Positions 36,651 to 51,700 of a stretch of DNA of 64,000 bases are shown here, one piece after another. The DNA lies in the NCBI RefSeq assembly GCF_964355755.1, contig NC_092672.1, forward strand, positions 20,349,237-20,413,236. The letters run 5' to 3'. This DNA comes from Antedon mediterranea. Taxonomy: Eukaryota; Animalia; Echinodermata. Numbering within the stretch: the first letter of the stretch is position 1; each line of letters starts with the position of its first letter. The position numbers and the translations under genes are program-made. The notes under the pieces are model-generated. The model was not told the DNA's origin and ran no database searches. It saw only the letters and a program-made list of their open reading frames with translations.

Positions 36651-36749
36651 GATGGAAATTCACCACTCTTGTTAGCTGCAGCCAGTGGTCAAACTGCATG
36701 CTGTATGAGATTAGTTGATGCTGGTTGTAATGTGAACCAGCAAAACAAT
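36651..36749 (+). CDS. ROCO gene exon: 33-codon ankyrin repeat
   Basis: ttttag|DGNSPLLLAAASGQTACCMRLVDAGCNVNQQNN|gtaagt; 99 bp, phase 0-0. Confidence 0.85.
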
Positions 36750-39700
36750 GTAAGTTGTATACATAGTATATCTAGTAATTTCACATAATTATGCATGTAT
36801 TATTGCATCGTATTGTAAATACTGTATCACAGTGTATGCAGGTAGTACACAATACTGTGAGGATTATACTATTTGCTGTACCTACACCCTCACCCTTTCG
36901 CTCCATCACTAGGACAAAATAATCTGGATTTTTTTTCACCATATTATAATCCAAGTTGATCAGCTACCACCATTCAATCCTGAATGTTAAATGTTCTTTA
37001 GGCCTATATTTGTTATCCTCAGTTTAGTGCATTCTATTTGTGTACCACGCTCTATGCAAACTTCCTATATCTGTACCTGGCTGGTGCAATGATAAATTCA
37101 CCAACCTATTTATAGAATCTTGAAGCAAAAAGTATATAAAACCATAGAGATATTGAGATACAACCAAATATTTTATCTTTTGATTCAAAAAGATTTGATG
37201 TAAAATAGTTTAAAAAGCTGACAAGAAGCTTTTATATTAGCATTATAATGAATAAAATTGTAAGGTGAATCAATCATAAAGTATTATAACTGATATCCAA
37301 GTATACCATTTATATCGTCTGCAATTTGCAAAGTATATTGAAATTTCACTAAAGAACTTTGTCCTTTAAATGAAAAGGTTTTTTCTCTCCAGATATCTTG
37401 CTAAATAAATATGCTCTTTTTGTATTCAGTAAATATAATCAATCAATATAATCAATCAAATGATAGATAAGTAATGGTAAACATTCAGTACTGTAGGTTT
37501 TGATTATATCATTTATAAATCATCCATGTTTCGTAAATGAAATTGGAGAGTTGTTACTAAAGGGTTGTATGTACAATAAAAATATAATATTCACAGTATT
37601 AGTACAGCTTGTGCACTTTGTTTTTTTTTTTCACTTTTTTCAAGAATGAAGACAATGCCCTGCATATAATTGCTCGAGAAAACCTTACTTATGAAGAACA
37701 CAAAAATACCCTTGTGTTCTTCATACCGGAAGGACGTATGGACATTAGCAAGAAAAATAAGGTTAGTTTGTTATTAAGTACTGAAATGCAATTATTTTAA
37801 TAATAAAGTTTAGTTCTATTCTTTTTTTTTTTAAGTTATATAAAATATAACAAATAGAAACAAAAAGGTTTATTATTATCTGTTGATATCAAGTTTGCGG
37901 TACACCATGTATATTAGTTATAAAAAAAACTGTTGATTTTCTCGACGTTTCGATCAATATGCTTTGATCGTCCTCAGGAGAATTATCATTGAAAATATTA
38001 CAGGCTATTTTCTTCTTATCTGACCCTCGAGCAGTATATTGCCCATCCACCTCCTCACATGTTCCTGTATATTTGTATGATGGAATGATTAATTATTAAA
38101 GAAATATTAAAATGAATATAGTATATATTTATAGTGATTAACATTTCTTTTTTATTTTTCCATTACAGTATTCACATTATATTGTAAAATGTAAATCTAA
38201 ATTGAATGGTTTAAACAGCATGCTTCAATTATTTTTACTTTTAGTCTCATATTTTACTGTAAACTGAAGTATACGTTATATAATTAAATACATATAATAT
38301 AAATAATGAAAGTACATTAAGTATTTGTTAATATTTCTTTAAATTATAGTTATTGGCATATCATTTGATATTAAATTGATCTTCTCAGTTGCTCGTCATT
38401 AACATTTATTTCAGTTGCAGGTTACTTTTGGTAAGCTACATGATTTAGACTAAAAATGATTATTTTGTTCAAATTCTTTCAGAGCATGTATTTAATTAGT
38501 TTAAATCTAATGGCATGTGTGGAGTATACAGTGTTTGATTACATTAGTGTTTTATTTGTTACATTATGTGTGGAAGAGTCTATATAGAATTGATGTTTCG
38601 CGTTGTTATAGTCAATATGATTAATCCATGTCGTTTTGGTTAACCATATTATTTTATACATATTTAAAATAAATAAAATAATTGTTATGATTATATTATT
38701 AATAAAAATGATATTTGTTAGTATAAATTTCATAATAAAAATAGGTATAAAGAAGAAATAGCAAAGAGAATTCATAACAAGAGCAAAACACATCAACGTG
38801 AAACACACCGACACACTATGGTTTATAACATATGACTTTGAAAACTTATACACCAATCTCACAATTCAAGACACAACAAACTCAATAATCAAATCAGCCA
38901 AATTATTAAATCTAAGCAAAGAAAAAGAATTTTACCTAATCAAACTTTATCAAATAATCAACAATAATGCTTTTTTCAAATCAGGGAACAAAATTTATAA
39001 ACAATCACAGGGAATAATAATGGGTTCATGTCAATCACAGCGCACAAATAGCAAATTTAACATTAATTCGAAACGAACTCGATTTCCTAATAAAATTTTA
39101 TCAAACATACAAATTAAACCCCAGCCAATTTCTTTTCACAAGATATTTATATGACGGAGCAATCATTATTAAAAACCCCACAATCAGAGCAATTGAACTA
39201 ATCCAATCCATAGCCTGCATTTATCCTTCTAACATACCACTAAATTTTACTTTTAACACGAACCGCATGATTTACTTAGACACTCATATATCAATAAATT
39301 ACACCACCTTAGCAACAAACAAATTACATTATTGCATTTACCATACCAAACCATATAAAAAATATACTTATGTACACAGAACATCAAACCATAACCCATC
39401 CATTTTCAAAAGTATTATCAAAACAGAAACACATCGATACAACAGACCTTCATGTAACAAACACGAATATACACATAAACAAACTTTTCAAACTTTGATT
39501 ACAAAAACTGGGATACAGTAAAAAATTCATCCGAAAACACACACAACCTTATAACAAAAACTGGAAGAAGAAAGGAAAGAACACTACAAAAAACAAACAC
39601 ACTTTATTTTTAAAACAAAATACAACAGAACAACAGACACATCTGACATCGTACAAGGCATAATCAACAACCATAAACATATGATCGACACACAATACAA

Positions 39701-42700
39701 CATTAAATTCATCAACTATAACGACCAGAAATTAAAACAATATATATAATTTTAATAACTTTATTATAGGAATAACGAATAGTACGAGTATTCAAATATA
39801 GCTTACTTTTACTTTACTGTTATTTATAGTACTAGAGGGTGAGCTCGCTTCGCTCGCTCCCCCTCTAGGAAGTGTAGACGATGGTTCTCGGAATGATAAT
39901 GTTCTCCTTATACGTTTTCTGTCGGTTACCATTATTGAAAATGCCTGACATTCGTAAAACTAAACTACTTTGTTTAACATTTTAAAGTACAGTTTTTATT
40001 GTTTGGTAGGGCCCTTTGGGGAGGCGGAGGTCATTTGAGGGAGGTGCTTATTCGAGGGATATATGTTAAATGTTGTAGTTTTAAAAATATGGTAACATTT
40101 ATAATCAAATGAAATCCTCTAATAGATATGAAAAGTGCTAAAAAAGAATAACAAATGCTTGGTAAATTGTAAATAACAGTGCGGTGAATTCTACTACAAA
40201 TAGTATAATTGTGTTATTATAAATGTGGATGGACGTTTATTAGATAGTTGGGTTGGGAGGGGGGGGGGAGGTGGTTATTATTCAAAGTGATGTTTTATTG
40301 GAGAGGCGTTTATTCAAATGAATACCATCCTAATAATTATTAATACATTATTTAATTTAATCATCTTTTGAAACTAACTGCCGTGACAGAGTGGGCCCAA
40401 GAAAGAAGACATAATTTGCAGTATAATTCCTATTATTTAACTACTGTACCTTCACACACGCGCGGTATGTTTTAAAATAAACAAAAAACTGAAATGGCTA
40501 TGATTAATGGCCAAATATATCTGATTTTTTTTTCATCTTCCAAAGGGACACTGTATTGATTGATGGAAAGTGCCTGTTTCCAGTCACCTTTAGGGTCAAA
40601 TCTATTATTTTAACTGCTCCCTTGTGTTTAAAAGAGAGAAAATATTTGAAACTAAGGTTGTTGCAAGGTGAACTTATCTTAAACCCGGAAATTACTTTGA
40701 CCGGGAAGAATTGAAATTGAGAGGAAAATCTAATGTTGAAATCATAAATGTTGTTAAAAAACTCTTTATAATATCTTCCTAAGATATAAATATGGAACAA
40801 TAGCGTCGCCGTGAACACTAATGTTATCAAATCTACGTTTCGCGGTACATCTCGGATAGATAAGGTAGGTATCGAAGGCGGAGATTTGTACCGAAGTTTT
40901 TGCATTGTGCTCGCCTATGTCAGAATTAACCATAATTTATATATAGATATATATGATGTACTTTCGAAATAAAATAAACTTACTGTACTTTATTCTAAAA
41001 ATTGTATTTTTCATATTTGTATCAAACTCCAAAAGGTAATTTTTCTGAAAATATGTCCTAATTAATAGGACCTAACCCTCTAAATAATATAAACGAAAAC
41101 TATTGTTAAACCTAACCTCAAAATAATCGGAAATTAAATAATATTTAAACAGCTTTAAACGCGTTCCCAAAAAACGCGTTTTCAGATGACCGCGTTTTTC
41201 AGATACTACATTCTAACACCCGCGCACACCAAACTTTCAAACTTTGTAACTTGTAACTTTCAAACATAACATTTATCACAGTCACACGTAGACAAGAAAA
41301 GACGGTAAATATCTAGCAACTTTGAAACAAGGTGAGACTAATTAATCTATTATTATAGACATTACATTAGATTAATTAATAAACACTAGATGGCACGCTC
41401 GCTTCGCTCGCGTACCATCTAGGTCGTGCCCACAGATGGTTCTCGAATACACAGTATTTCCAGCGAGAAAAAAATGGAGATTTCAAATGTACGTACTGCC
41501 GGACTATAATACATTGTCGTTTACAGAAACGAATAAATATACACAATGATTTATGTAGTCAGCTAAAATTAGCACCCTGGGAATTACTTCCGAGAGAGAA
41601 ACAAAATGAGTCAATTTTTTTTATTTGGACTCATTTAAACAAACCCAATTTGTGTTTTGTATGTAACATTAAGGGTTGAGGGATGGGGGAAGAAGATAGG
41701 TACAAAGAGGAAACATTTTAAAATATATTCTTATCCACTCAGTAACGAAATATTGTTTTTAATGTTTTATAGGCCTATAAATAATATACCACTAAATACA
41801 GTAAAACATTTACGATTTAATACGGTACTTTGTTAAAACTCTCACTGTCATAGTCGATTGAAATAGTAAAGTACATGTAACGATACACCACTACGACGTT
41901 TATATATTTTTAAATTATTAATTAATACAAACGTTGAGAAGCAACTGTCAGTAATAACGTTTATTTATTTGTATATTATATGTTTATAATCTAACAGTAG
42001 GGCCTACCCACATTCACAGTAATAAAGTTTATTTGTATATATTTTTATATTACATCTAACAGTACCAACACTCACAGTAAGAAATTTGCGATTCAAATTG
42101 CGATCAAAAGTGGTTAATACCTTAACAGTATTGTACAGCATTGCAATACTATTTATGTTTATTCTCCAAGGGGGCCCATAAATCTAAATCTATACTTGTA
42201 TGGTTAAACCAAATAATTTGGAATGTTCCATTCATCACAAATCAATACATTTGTAAAAACGTATATTAAATGTATCAAAATAGTATTTTTTAAAGAAAAT
42301 CGGCCTGTCTTCAACATTATGATGGTGTACTCTAGCTGTTCAACCGGTTTTCAGCTATTAAAAACAATTATCGTAGGAGGAGATAGGAAAATGCGAAGCC
42401 TCCTCGCATTTTTGTGGCGGGTATTTTTCAAGATGGACATCCATTATACAGTGTATACCACGGTCGGAAAACACCCCTATTTGGGGCAAATCTTGGAACC
42501 TAAATTCGTTTTAACCGTCAATAACTTATTATCTAACTTAATTTAATTAGTAAACAGGGTTACATCAGGCGGTTAAAATCAGTACCGAAAGTACGAACCA
42601 ACTTTACATACCATCGAGTAAAAATTCTAGAAGTAAGGCGCGATTTACCGAATTTTGCCCTTACGTAAATTTATATATAGATTATTATTTATTTAGCATA

Positions 42701-45700
42701 TAGATGAACGAATTTATAAAATTATTACATATATGGCATATAAAATTAAACGAATTTATAAAATTATTATATATAATATTCTCAACATATATAACATTTT
42801 CCATAAACGCAGAAACGAATCAATACTGAAACCAATACTGAAACGAATACCATTATTATCTTCAAGCAAAATTTATTTTTAAGAATGTGAGACATTTTAA
42901 TATAGACAGAGACTTTTGCCTATTATAATATTCAATAACAAAATATTTTTAATTAATAATTACCAATATTAATTATCTACACTCTACCATTTTCATAATA
43001 AGATATTGTGGAACCACGTCAAGTCAAGTTCAATATTGAATATCGAAAGGTGGCAGGCTATGGTGCTTGACCTTTGACAAGATCGCCTAAAATTTATAAA
43101 CTAACTTACGATACTTATTATTGTAATCTCTTTGCTATTTCTTCTTTATACCTATTTTTATTATGAAATTTATACTAACAAATATTATTTTTATTAATAA
43201 TATAATTATAACAATTATTTTAATTATTTTAAATATGTATAAAATACTATAGGTTAACCAAAACGACATGGATTAATCATATTGACTATAAAAACGTGAA
43301 ACATCAATTCTATATAGACTCTTCCACACATAATGTAACAAATAAAACACTAATGTAATCAAACACCGTATACTCTCTCTCTAACCAATCTTCTATCGAC
43401 TAAAGCCGAAGTATAGTCGTTATCTCGGGACCGTTCTATGGTTACCACCAGGTAGGCTTACTTCATCAAGGCTTCTATGAATGGATGTACGAGTTGGGAG
43501 CAGAAAAGCTAGTAGACCATACCCATTACCGTTTTGATTACGATCAATCGCGGAAATTACCTCATGACGAGATTTAGTCCAGTGGCATATTTTTCCAAGA
43601 TATGGCCAATAGTAAAGTTATTGACCTTTGAAATATCTAGAATTTGCATAATTATTATGAAATATATTTATTTAGTCTGTCATAATTTGATTTTTTTTAA
43701 TGGCCAGGGTTATTTTACCTATTAGTATTATTTAGTTTGGCTTATCTTTTGGTTTAGTATGTTCTTGCAAATTATGAAATTAAGCTGAATTTTTTTTTTA
43801 AAGATTAGCTGAGGGATTTATCATAACTTATGCTTATATCTAGAATTGCTAATATTATTTTAAATCACAAAAACTTTGATTGTTAGAATGGAAAGTCTGC
43901 ATCTGATATCTATAATGAAAATGTGTGCGAAAAATACGATGGTCAACAGAAGAAAACAGAAATACTTGCAATTTTGAATGGTAAGTTAAAAAAACACATT
44001 GTGCCTCAAATAAAAGCATGAACTTCTAAAAATAGAATTAATGATCACTTTTTATCCTGTAGTATTTGTAGTCAGTCATATAATCAAAAAAAAAAAAAAA
44101 ATATGATTTATAATAAAAAAAAAAGAGATTGATTCAAATAGCGGCTCATCTCAACTACTGTTAGTACAGGGTATGTTGAGACTCACAGCGTTAGGTTTGT
44201 TATCTAACACAAGGCGTATGGTACTTCATGGCATGCCAATGTGTAATATGGTTTCAGTTGTGCATTTTATCCTGTCTTCTATTTTGTGTGCTAATTTTGT
44301 TATAAATAACTATATGTTGGTCCCAAAGGTAATTTAAAAATATGTTTGTTCTTTATATCCTACATTATTTGCAATCTGTAATTCTGCACTGAAAAGCTTG
44401 ATATACACATTCATTTTACTTGTTTAGGTGGACCTTTACCTTACATCGAAATGACATCGTCAGGTATGAATATTCTTCAATTTCAATGCCCCACAATAGG
44501 GCTATTGTTTCCAATAAAAAAAGGAATTCAAAAATTAATCTTCGTCTATAACATTAGCTATCTTTTATGTTCTATTTGTTATGGAGATTTTGGTATTCAC
44601 AATATCTATAAATAAACTGGTTGTAAAAGTTATTTAAATGTTATTTTACATTTAAGAAATGAAAAGGAGTTTAACATGATTGAACTATTATTTTATTTAC
44701 AAATTATAAAAAAAACTATAGACAAAGTCAACATTTCACAAAATTACATTTGGGTAATTTAGATCTAGAAATTGAGAAGGGTAGGTGCCAATCAAACTAA
44801 CAAAATACTAATATTTTAGGATTTATTTTTATAAACAGTATAATATATATATCTTATTTTATTTAGATATTACAACCAAAGAAAAATTATACATTGCCTA
44901 TAACGTCTCTAATAAATGGAAACTAATAGCAGCTAATCTTGGAATGACACAAGAACAGATAAATTCATTTAAACTACCAAATACAACCGCTAGTGTAAGG
45001 ACTTGTGACATGTTGGATGAATGGCAGGCATGGCAGGCTAAGGTAACTAAGAAGTCCATGCGTTCAGAACTTGTTGCAGCTCTCAGGAAAGCTGGGGAAA
45101 ATGATGTGGCTGATAAAATTGAAAGTAAGTAAATAAAACCGTAAGATAGCCTTCAGAATGACTGAACTCTCTAATTTATAAGGTTCTTAAAGGCTTTGTA
45201 ACAATATTCTGTGTGTTTATAATAATAAATGAAAACACTTTTGAATATGCAGAAATATCTAAGTCTAAATTTTGGTCGCATTTGTGAGAATCGCCTTTAA
45301 TAAGCTTAAGTGTTGGCATATATCTTTAGTACAACATATTTATCAAACCAATTGTTATAAAATCTTTGCATTTGATGAAAATCTATCATCTGTTTTTCGT
45401 GAGGGATTGCTGAAGTATTTTATTCTATATAGATTATACCTTCATCTTTGTACTCTGCTTAATTTATTTAAGTAATGATTGAGGTATTTATAAGACATTC
45501 TTAGTGCATATTAAACTGTTCAATTTTATAAAGAGTGTAATTGCTATCCTGTAGTATACAAAGAAACAGGAAGTTATACAAATAGTTATTTTATTATTAT
45601 ATTTTGTTTTTAAGATGTGCATGTTCCAGAGGAGATATTGGCACGAGGACCTGATGCGGTGAAAGCATTTCAAAATGCACTTGAAGAAGGACAAACAGAG

Positions 45701-48700
45701 TTTAATCAAGGAAGAACTATTTTTGTAGGACTTGAGAATGTGGGAAAAACGTCTACTATCAATTCTCTTTTAAGAAAAGAGTAAGCAAACTTTATATCAA
45801 CTATTACATTTAACCACTTAAACTGTTACATATAGTTGTTAACTGGACCAATTACAAGAATAACCCATACATTTTTTCTGAATAGTTTCAATTTATTTCA
45901 CCATAAAATAATATCAAAATACATAGCAAATATTGATGAGAGTGACCATCAAAGCAAAGCTCATATTCCAGTCACCCATACACATAGCTAGCCAATAGCT
46001 TAAATATCTTATTTTATTGGGACCCTTATAAGTAATCTAAACATAAATAATCTAAATATCACAATGTAAAAGAGTAAGAATATAGTTGATTAAAATGTAC
46101 TATTATTAAAATTGTTGTATGATTAAAGTATTTGGCCCTTTAGTGTTCTGGGTATGTTGAGGGTTTAAAACAAGATTGTAATGCAACGTAAAAACAATGT
46201 CATTGCAGTATACCATCAAATTATTTTCTGTTTTATTATTAATGCAAACATTCTTTTATAATTATATAATGTCATTTTGTCAGGTTTAATCCATTGCATA
46301 TAATAACAGATGCAATGGTTAAAACAACGGTGTGTACACCAGATGCCAGTAACAAAGAAATGTTGAAAGAAACAACGCAGGATATTTGTAAGTATTCACT
46401 TTATTCAGATACATGCTACAACCAAAATAGATGAATTATTTATATTTTTTAATTTATTTTTATAATTATTTAGGCAAATTGCCAAGGATAACCATAAGCG
46501 AATTAATTCACTATCCTTCTTAAAGGTAGCAATCCTGTTCACAAGATAAACATACACAATATTATGCTCTACATAACAATAAACAAAGTCTTATTACAAT
46601 TCTTTGGGAGTGGAGTTGTAATTTGTCATTAGAAAAAATCCTGACATGGACATGGACACAGGACCCTTGAATTGGTAGCCAAGCATCATAACTACCAAGC
46701 CACAACTTCACTCCAAATTTAAAATTCACCCCTGACTCATGCACTGTCATGTCACAACTTGTTGTTGTTTTTTTTTTACCAAATAATTGTTGTTCTTATA
46801 TCATGTCATTGTAAATCAATTTAAAAGACACTCTAGGTTTAATATTTGGGTGACAATTTACGACTAGTTCTTGCACACACTTTGATATTTCATAAATGCA
46901 TGGATAAAACAACTACCATATAAACATACAAGGTGTTTAAATTCAATTTGAGGATAAATTAGTTTTTTAATTATTGCAACAACATCATAAAAATAGTTTT
47001 AAAGTGTCTATGCTTTTAAAAAAACAATGTAACTGTGTAAGAAATAAAATAATATATACATGATTTTATTAACATTTTTTAATTTAAAAGCTTTAGACAT
47101 GTATCAGGATGCTGTCACTGATTTCACAGTTAAACAAATGTTGAAAAGTCCACGCCATAGAAAAGGATACACACCAAGAGCAGGAGCATCAAAGCAGGAA
47201 ACAAAATCTGGTAAAAGATTTTAATTAAATTCAATTCAGTAATCTGCTGTAAAATAAATTTAAAAGTATAAATATAAAAGGCACAAAATACCAGTCAATA
47301 TAAAATTGGTACAAAGGAGATTTTTAAAATAAATTTAATATAGAAGTGGATAAAAGAGAGGTTTATACAGCATTTTGCTGTGATTACTTCTGTCACATTT
47401 GAATTTAAATAGTGAATACAAAAGATACACAAATTGGATCAGGTTGGAATCGGCAACAAATGATTTATTACACTAAGCTTTGTTCTTGACAAGTTAATTT
47501 GATTATAAAGCATAAATGATGAATGCTAATACATTATGCTATTTATAAAAAGATAGCATCACCTTTAATTATATCATCACATTTTTCAGAAAGTAGACAT
47601 GAGGAAGAGAAAAACCCCACAAGAGCATCAACATCAAAACAGGAAGCCAACTCTGGTAAAACATCAACAAGTTCAAATCCAAAGCCAAGCCCACAAAAAG
47701 AGGGTAAATATTTATTTTTAAATGTGCTTGATTGTGCTGTTCATATATATTAATAATATCAGAAATAAAGTGCTAAATATTGAAATGATTAAAGGGGTGG
47801 AAATTTAATCATAATCATCAGTGTCTGCTAATGAACATATTACCTTGTTATCTTGTTCTTATTATCAAGTTACTTTGACAGTTAATACTAGTATTTGTAT
47901 ATTGTATGACACTGCTGTGTAATATATTCAACTGGCAGTACAATGTGGTTAAATAAACTCAACATTAAACCTTTGATTGGAAAGGATAAGGTTTAGAATA
48001 CTTAAATATTGCATTGGAAATACTTTTTCTTTTAACAAAAAAAGTTATAGTTGGTAATCGCATATGAGACTTGTTATCCTGCTCTATACTCAGCCTGCCT
48101 CTATCTGTCTTTAAAATTAAGATTATGATTGTGATATTGAATTAAACTGTTGTATTGTGTATTATTGTTTTATCATAACAGAACCAGTGTATGAAGAAAA
48201 ACTTGAGAGACCAGAAATTCCTAAATGGCTCTTGAACAAATTTGTACCCAAATTTCGTTTTGCAAGAGAAGGTGGTGACTCTAAAGTGGATAGCAACAAG
48301 TTTGTTATGAATATCTTGGACTTTGGTGGTCAACCAATTTACCATGTGATACAACGGGTAAATTTTATTGGTGTATTTAATTTTTATTAATAGAGATTAG
48401 TTTTGCCGTCAACATTCAATATACATGCCTCCTTCTGAAGTTGTGAAAATTTGCTTTGTCTTTTGGCCTTGTTACAATATCAGCACTGAAATCAAAAAGC
48501 TTGCTCACTTGATTTGAAGTTAAGAATCTATAATCTTGCTCCAAGGTATTACAAAAATGTGGATCTAATATAGTACAATATGTCAGTATCAGATACAAAA
48601 TACAATTATTATTATTATTACAATATTATAAATTATTTTATTCTTCATTTAATTTAATAAAGTCAACTCGGTCTTTAGTCCCTAATTACCAGAAACCAAA

Positions 48701-51700
48701 ACCAGAATTGAGGTCAAAAGTTCCAAATTCTTTTTTACCTTTAAAAATACATTTGGAATATCAGAATTTCTGTAAACCCAGACAAATTATGGCATCCGAA
48801 GGGTGTCCAGTTTTGGAAGACTTTAAGTAAAATAGTATTAATTGATGTAATATAATGTATTATTAGCAGAGAGGGATAGCAAAGAAAGAATGTAATATTA
48901 AACATTCTTTATTTATTAAACCAGTGAATAAGACTGTAAATGTTTCCAAGGTGAACATGCACTTTGTGAGGAAAACAAAAGTATCAAATAATCAGTTGTG
49001 CCAGTATACTGACACATGTGTATAAACAGTTTTTAATATTGACTATTATGATTATGTTTACTAGATATTCATGGTATCTTATGCTGTTGTATGTGTGGTA
49101 TTCAACCTGAATGAAGGTCTTAATGCCCCAGCTAAAGTTCGTGATCCAACAACTGTAAGTAGATTTTACAAATTTCAAATGTTTATGTAATTGTACATAA
49201 ATAAAATGTTTCCTTCATGTTATCCGTTACCTTAACACAAACTGTGCAAATAGCAGATGCCTGATATATGATTGTTGTTATTTCCACTTCCATGATAGTG
49301 TTGTTAATAGTAGATGCCTGATATATGATTGTTGTTATTTCCACTTCCATGATAGTGTTGTTCATAGCAGATGCCTGATATATGATTGTTGTTAATTCCA
49401 CTTCTATGATAGTGTTGTTAATAGCAGATGCCTGATATATGATTGTTGTTATTTCCACTTCCATGATAGTGTTGTTAATAGCAGATGCGTGATATATGAT
49501 TGTTGTTATTTCCACTTCTATGATAGTGTTGTTAATAGCAGATGCCTGATATATGATTGTTGTTATTTCCACTTCTATGATAGTGTTGTTAATAGCAGAT
49601 GCCTGATATATGATTGTTGTTAATTCCACTTCCATGATAGTGTTGTTAATAGCAGATGCCTGATATATGATTGTTGTTAATTCCACTTCCATGATAGTGT
49701 TGTTTATAGCAGATGCCTGATATATGATTGTTGTTATTTCCACTTCTATGATAGTGTTGTTAATAGCAGATGCCTGATATATGATTGTTGTTAATTCCAC
49801 TTCCATGATAGTGTTGTTAATAGCAGATGCCTGATATATGATTGTTGTTATTTCCACTTCCATGATAGTGTTGTTAATAGCAGATGCCTGATAATGATAT
49901 ATGATTGTTGTTATTTTCACTTCCATGATAGTGTTGTTAATAGCAGATGCCTGATATATGATTGTTAATTCCACTTCCATGATAGTGTTGTTAATAGCAA
50001 ATGCCTGATATATGATTGTTGTTAATTCCACTTCCATGATAGTATTGTTAAAAGCAGATGCCTGATATATGATTGTTGTTAATTCCACTTCCATGATAGT
50101 GTTGTTAATAGCAGATGCCTGATATATGATTGTTGTTAATTCTACTTCCATGATAGTGTTGTTAATAGCAGATGCCTGATATATGATTGTTGTTATTTCC
50201 ACTTCCATGATAGTGTTGTTAATAACAGATGCCTGATATATGATTGTTGTTAATTCTACTTCCATGATAGTGTTGTTAATAGCAGATGCCTGATATATGA
50301 TTGTTGTTATTTCCACTTCCATGATAGTGTTGTTAATAGCAGATGCCTGATATATGATTGTTGTTATTTCCACTTCTATGATAGTGTTGTTTTTCTATTA
50401 ATTTGTGCTGCTAATAATAACAGATAATTTGTCAAACTAGAACTTTAAAAATTTTAAATGTAAATTTTGTTCATTTTTTTTTTATTTAGGGAAAAGTTTA
50501 TGAACATCGAATGACAAATCTTGACTTCATTCTGTTTTGGATTCGTTCTGTTTTTGTAAACGTAAGAAAAGGAAAAAATAACAAGATAATGCTGATTGGT
50601 ACACATTATGAGAGCCTTGGTAAAACTGAACAAGAAAGACAACAAAAGGTACATATATCATCGCATTTCCTTTTAAACAGTACAAAATTGTATATTGTCA
50701 TTAATTCATTGGAAACAATATGTAGTTTCATCTCTAACATTGGCTATCATGTATGATTGTTTTATACGTCATGTCATGAGCATACTACTGTACTGTGCTG
50801 GCCTATGATTATTAACTGATTAACTTAACTTAATTTTTTTTTTCATTTCGATATAATAAAACAAATAAAAGGGTATACAAATATCAATGATTTAGCACAC
50901 ATTTTGAATTTGTTTTCTTATATTGGTATAATTATACAATGTACACTGGGTAAGTAAAAGCGTAACAAACATAACTTAAACGAAACACTTTTTGCACTTT
51001 ACAAAAGGGGTTTTGGTTGGCTAAGCACACTCTAAATCTTCCCTTGACATAAGTATAATTCAAATATGATGTTATTTATTTTAGGTAAAGGAAATAGAAA
51101 ATATACTTTGGAAAGCCCTGGAAGGAAAACAATTCGAGGACATGGTGTATCAAGAAGAGCTCTTTACCATTGAAAACAGTGTCTCATTTGAAAAGAGCGG
51201 TGCTTCTAAAATCATCCTCAAAATACAAAAATTAGTCCAGATGATGATTCTTACTTTTCCAATTAAATGGCTGCAAGTAATGCAGGAAATACAACAGCTA
51301 AGAAAAGACAAACTGTATTTACCAACGTCTGAGGTTAGAAATATATTTTTATTTCTTTCAGCTTGATCTCAATTATATATCTTTACAGTTTAGTGTAGGT
51401 AAAAATTGTTTGAAAACAATAACCAGTTACATTTGTTTAGAATAAATACATTAAACCCTGTTTTTCTGTCAATTTTAGTTGAGGATAATACATAGTTGAT
51501 TGTTTAAAATAACTATCATTGTAACGATCATGGTCACCTGCATTTAAAAGTGTATAGATTAGGAAACAAGTTGGTTCATTGTTGGTAGAAATTTTCCCCA
51601 TGAGGGTATAATGTTAAACTTGCTTTATTTGTCAATGCTTATTGACTGTTTATGACGATTGTCATCGGTAACAGAACGGTGTAATTTTAGTTTTTTTTAT

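Larger units (their letters stand above)
38520..43570 (+). mobile_element. Degraded Penelope-like retroelement with an inverted terminal segment, interrupted by two Helitrons
   Basis: Frameshifted RT pieces at 38770-39740: YDFENLYTNL, YKQSQGIIMGS, IYLDTHI, TKPYKKYTYVHRTSNH, IIKTETHRY. 38520-38769 is an inverted copy of 43127-43376. Confidence 0.75.

Noticed and set aside
49183-50373. 396-aa repetitive ORF
   Set aside because: It is the stop-free antisense frame of a 57-bp intronic minisatellite, with no unique sequence or other sign of a gene.
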